Below are positions 62,976-64,000 of a stretch of 64,000 bases of DNA, piece after piece; position 1 is the stretch's first letter, and every line of letters begins with the position of its first letter. The position numbers and the translations under genes are program-made. The stretch lies in the IMG/VR virus record IMGVR_UViG_2778261268_000002; one strand, given 5' to 3'. The notes under the pieces are model-generated. The model made no database searches, had not been told where the DNA came from, and was given only the letters and a program-made list of their open reading frames with translations. Source of the stretch: a virus. Lineage: Duplodnaviria > Heunggongvirae > Uroviricota > Caudoviricetes.

Positions 62976-64000
62976 TTAAACGCTCGCTACATTATACCAG
63001 GTGCCATTTATATACTTTTGAACGGGTCTGTAATAAACGCCCGCTATATTATCGGCAGAGTTGGAACCTGTATCCTGAACATTAATACCAGACAATACAT
63101 GACCTGAAGGGCACTGGAAATTCCATGTTTGCCAGTTGTTCACTCCATAATATTGCTGTGAACCAAGTCGAACATCTTTCACATATCTGGAATCAAAATT
63201 GCCATAGTTGCCGGGAATAACTTGCGAGCCGCAAAGCCAATTCCCGTTATTATCCATGTACGCCTGACCATCGGTGCCATTGGCTGTCCTTGAGTTATTA
63301 ATCATGTAGATGCCAAATTGCTTATTTCCCAGCCCACCAATCATAAATTTGCGATCAGCATGGTCCTGACGAAGTAATGCCTGCGCACCATCGGTGGATA
63401 CCGCATTGCGTCCCAAAATAACATTCTGGTCACGCATATGAATCCACATGCCGGTACTACTGTTAATTGCAAAACGGTTTGCAAATATATCCCCTGTAAC
63501 ATCAAGACCATGCCCCATGCTTATCCGACCAGTTCTAAGATTAAGCGTAAAGGGGCGTAGTGGCCCTATATCACCATTTTCTCCCTCGTTCTCTCGTGTA
63601 GGGATGATATGCAGGCATTCTTCAGAACGGCGAAAAATGGCACCAAAAGATGAATTAAATATCCTCAGTGCATTGACTGTCGATATTTTTACTTCACTGC
63701 TGAAAAGGGCTTTAACAAGAACAGACAAAGCATCCCATTTAAGATTCATCAGGTCTTTTGTTGTGGTGCTTTGTTTGCTTCTCCATTTGAAATATTCATT
63801 GCCGTTGTCGCCTGTTTCAAACCACATGTATGAATCAGTGTCACCATCGGCATCATTTTTAAATCCAATCTTCGCCCAGTCAGTATTTCGAATCCAGGCA
63901 AGGATTGAGTCATTTTCAAAAGTAAGCCCACCGGACAAGGTATCGCCATTTTTTTGCACGGCGTTACCAGCCCTGTTTACCGTTTCCTGTAAACCGAGGT
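62976..64000 (-). CDS. S: tail-fibre protein S, variable C-terminal part (5' end beyond window)
   Basis: Frame stays open from the window edge through the cixR-like sequence; C-terminus [13 protein letters not shown]. Confidence 0.65.
   Translation of the reverse strand, partial: LGLQETVNRAGNAVQKNGDTLSGGLTFENDSILAWIRNTDWAKIGFKNDADGDTDSYMWFETGDNGNEYFKWRSKQSTTTKDLMNLKWDALSVLVKALFSSEVKISTVNALRIFNSSFGAIFRRSEECLHIIPTRENEGENGDIGPLRPFTLNLRTGRISMGHGLDVTGDIFANRFAINSSTGMWIHMRDQNVILGRNAVSTDGAQALLRQDHADRKFMIGGLGNKQFGIYMINNSRTANGTDGQAYMDNNGNWLCGSQVIPGNYGNFDSRYVKDVRLGSQQYYGVNNWQTWNFQCPSGHVLSGINVQDTGSNSADNIAGVYYRPVQKYINGTWYNVASV
63984..64000. other. cix crossover site, right end (truncated by window)
   Basis: TTCCTGTAAACCGAGGT, inverted relative to the site at 60310. 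Confidence 0.5.

Overview
This window reads as a contiguous ~64 kb segment of a P1-like temperate phage / phage-plasmid of Enterobacteriaceae. All calls are from reading the sequence and the ORF track; no database search was run, and product sizes quoted for P1 are from memory. In order: the 3' end of a Dam-family methyltransferase; a phage tRNA cluster (Asn-GTT, Thr-TGT, an atypical Ser-like tRNA, Ile2/Met-CAT) with an SPFH lipoprotein; the DnaB-like helicase Ban; a leftward structural block; a long rightward run of small accessory genes (TraR-like, VRR-NUC, two CstII/DUF115-like paralogs, a lambda-type Ser/Thr phosphatase, a HAD phosphatase, Ead/Ea22-like paralogs, DUF551); a LexA box with humD; phd-doc; lpa; pacA (with the 4+3 TGATCA pac hexamers) and pacB; c1 and coi; loxP and cre; cra and ref; the giant methyltransferase-helicase DarB; putative portal and protease; an IS200/IS605 tnpB-only insertion; lyz and ssb; a Dar-type antirestriction operon with holin genes; and cin with the invertible tail-fibre C segment. 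At least 12 C1-operator-like 17-mers and four late-promoter-like motifs are spread through the window. The most interesting locus is between ref and darB: where P1 carries its type III res-mod genes and IS1, this element instead has two AT-rich foreign ORFs (a zinc-ribbon plus DUF4145/Abi_C-like protein and a GNAT acetyltransferase) flanking a backbone-like gene, a candidate uncharacterised defence or anti-defence cargo. A DUF2829 (Tad2-like) fusion protein after ssb is a second anti-defence candidate.
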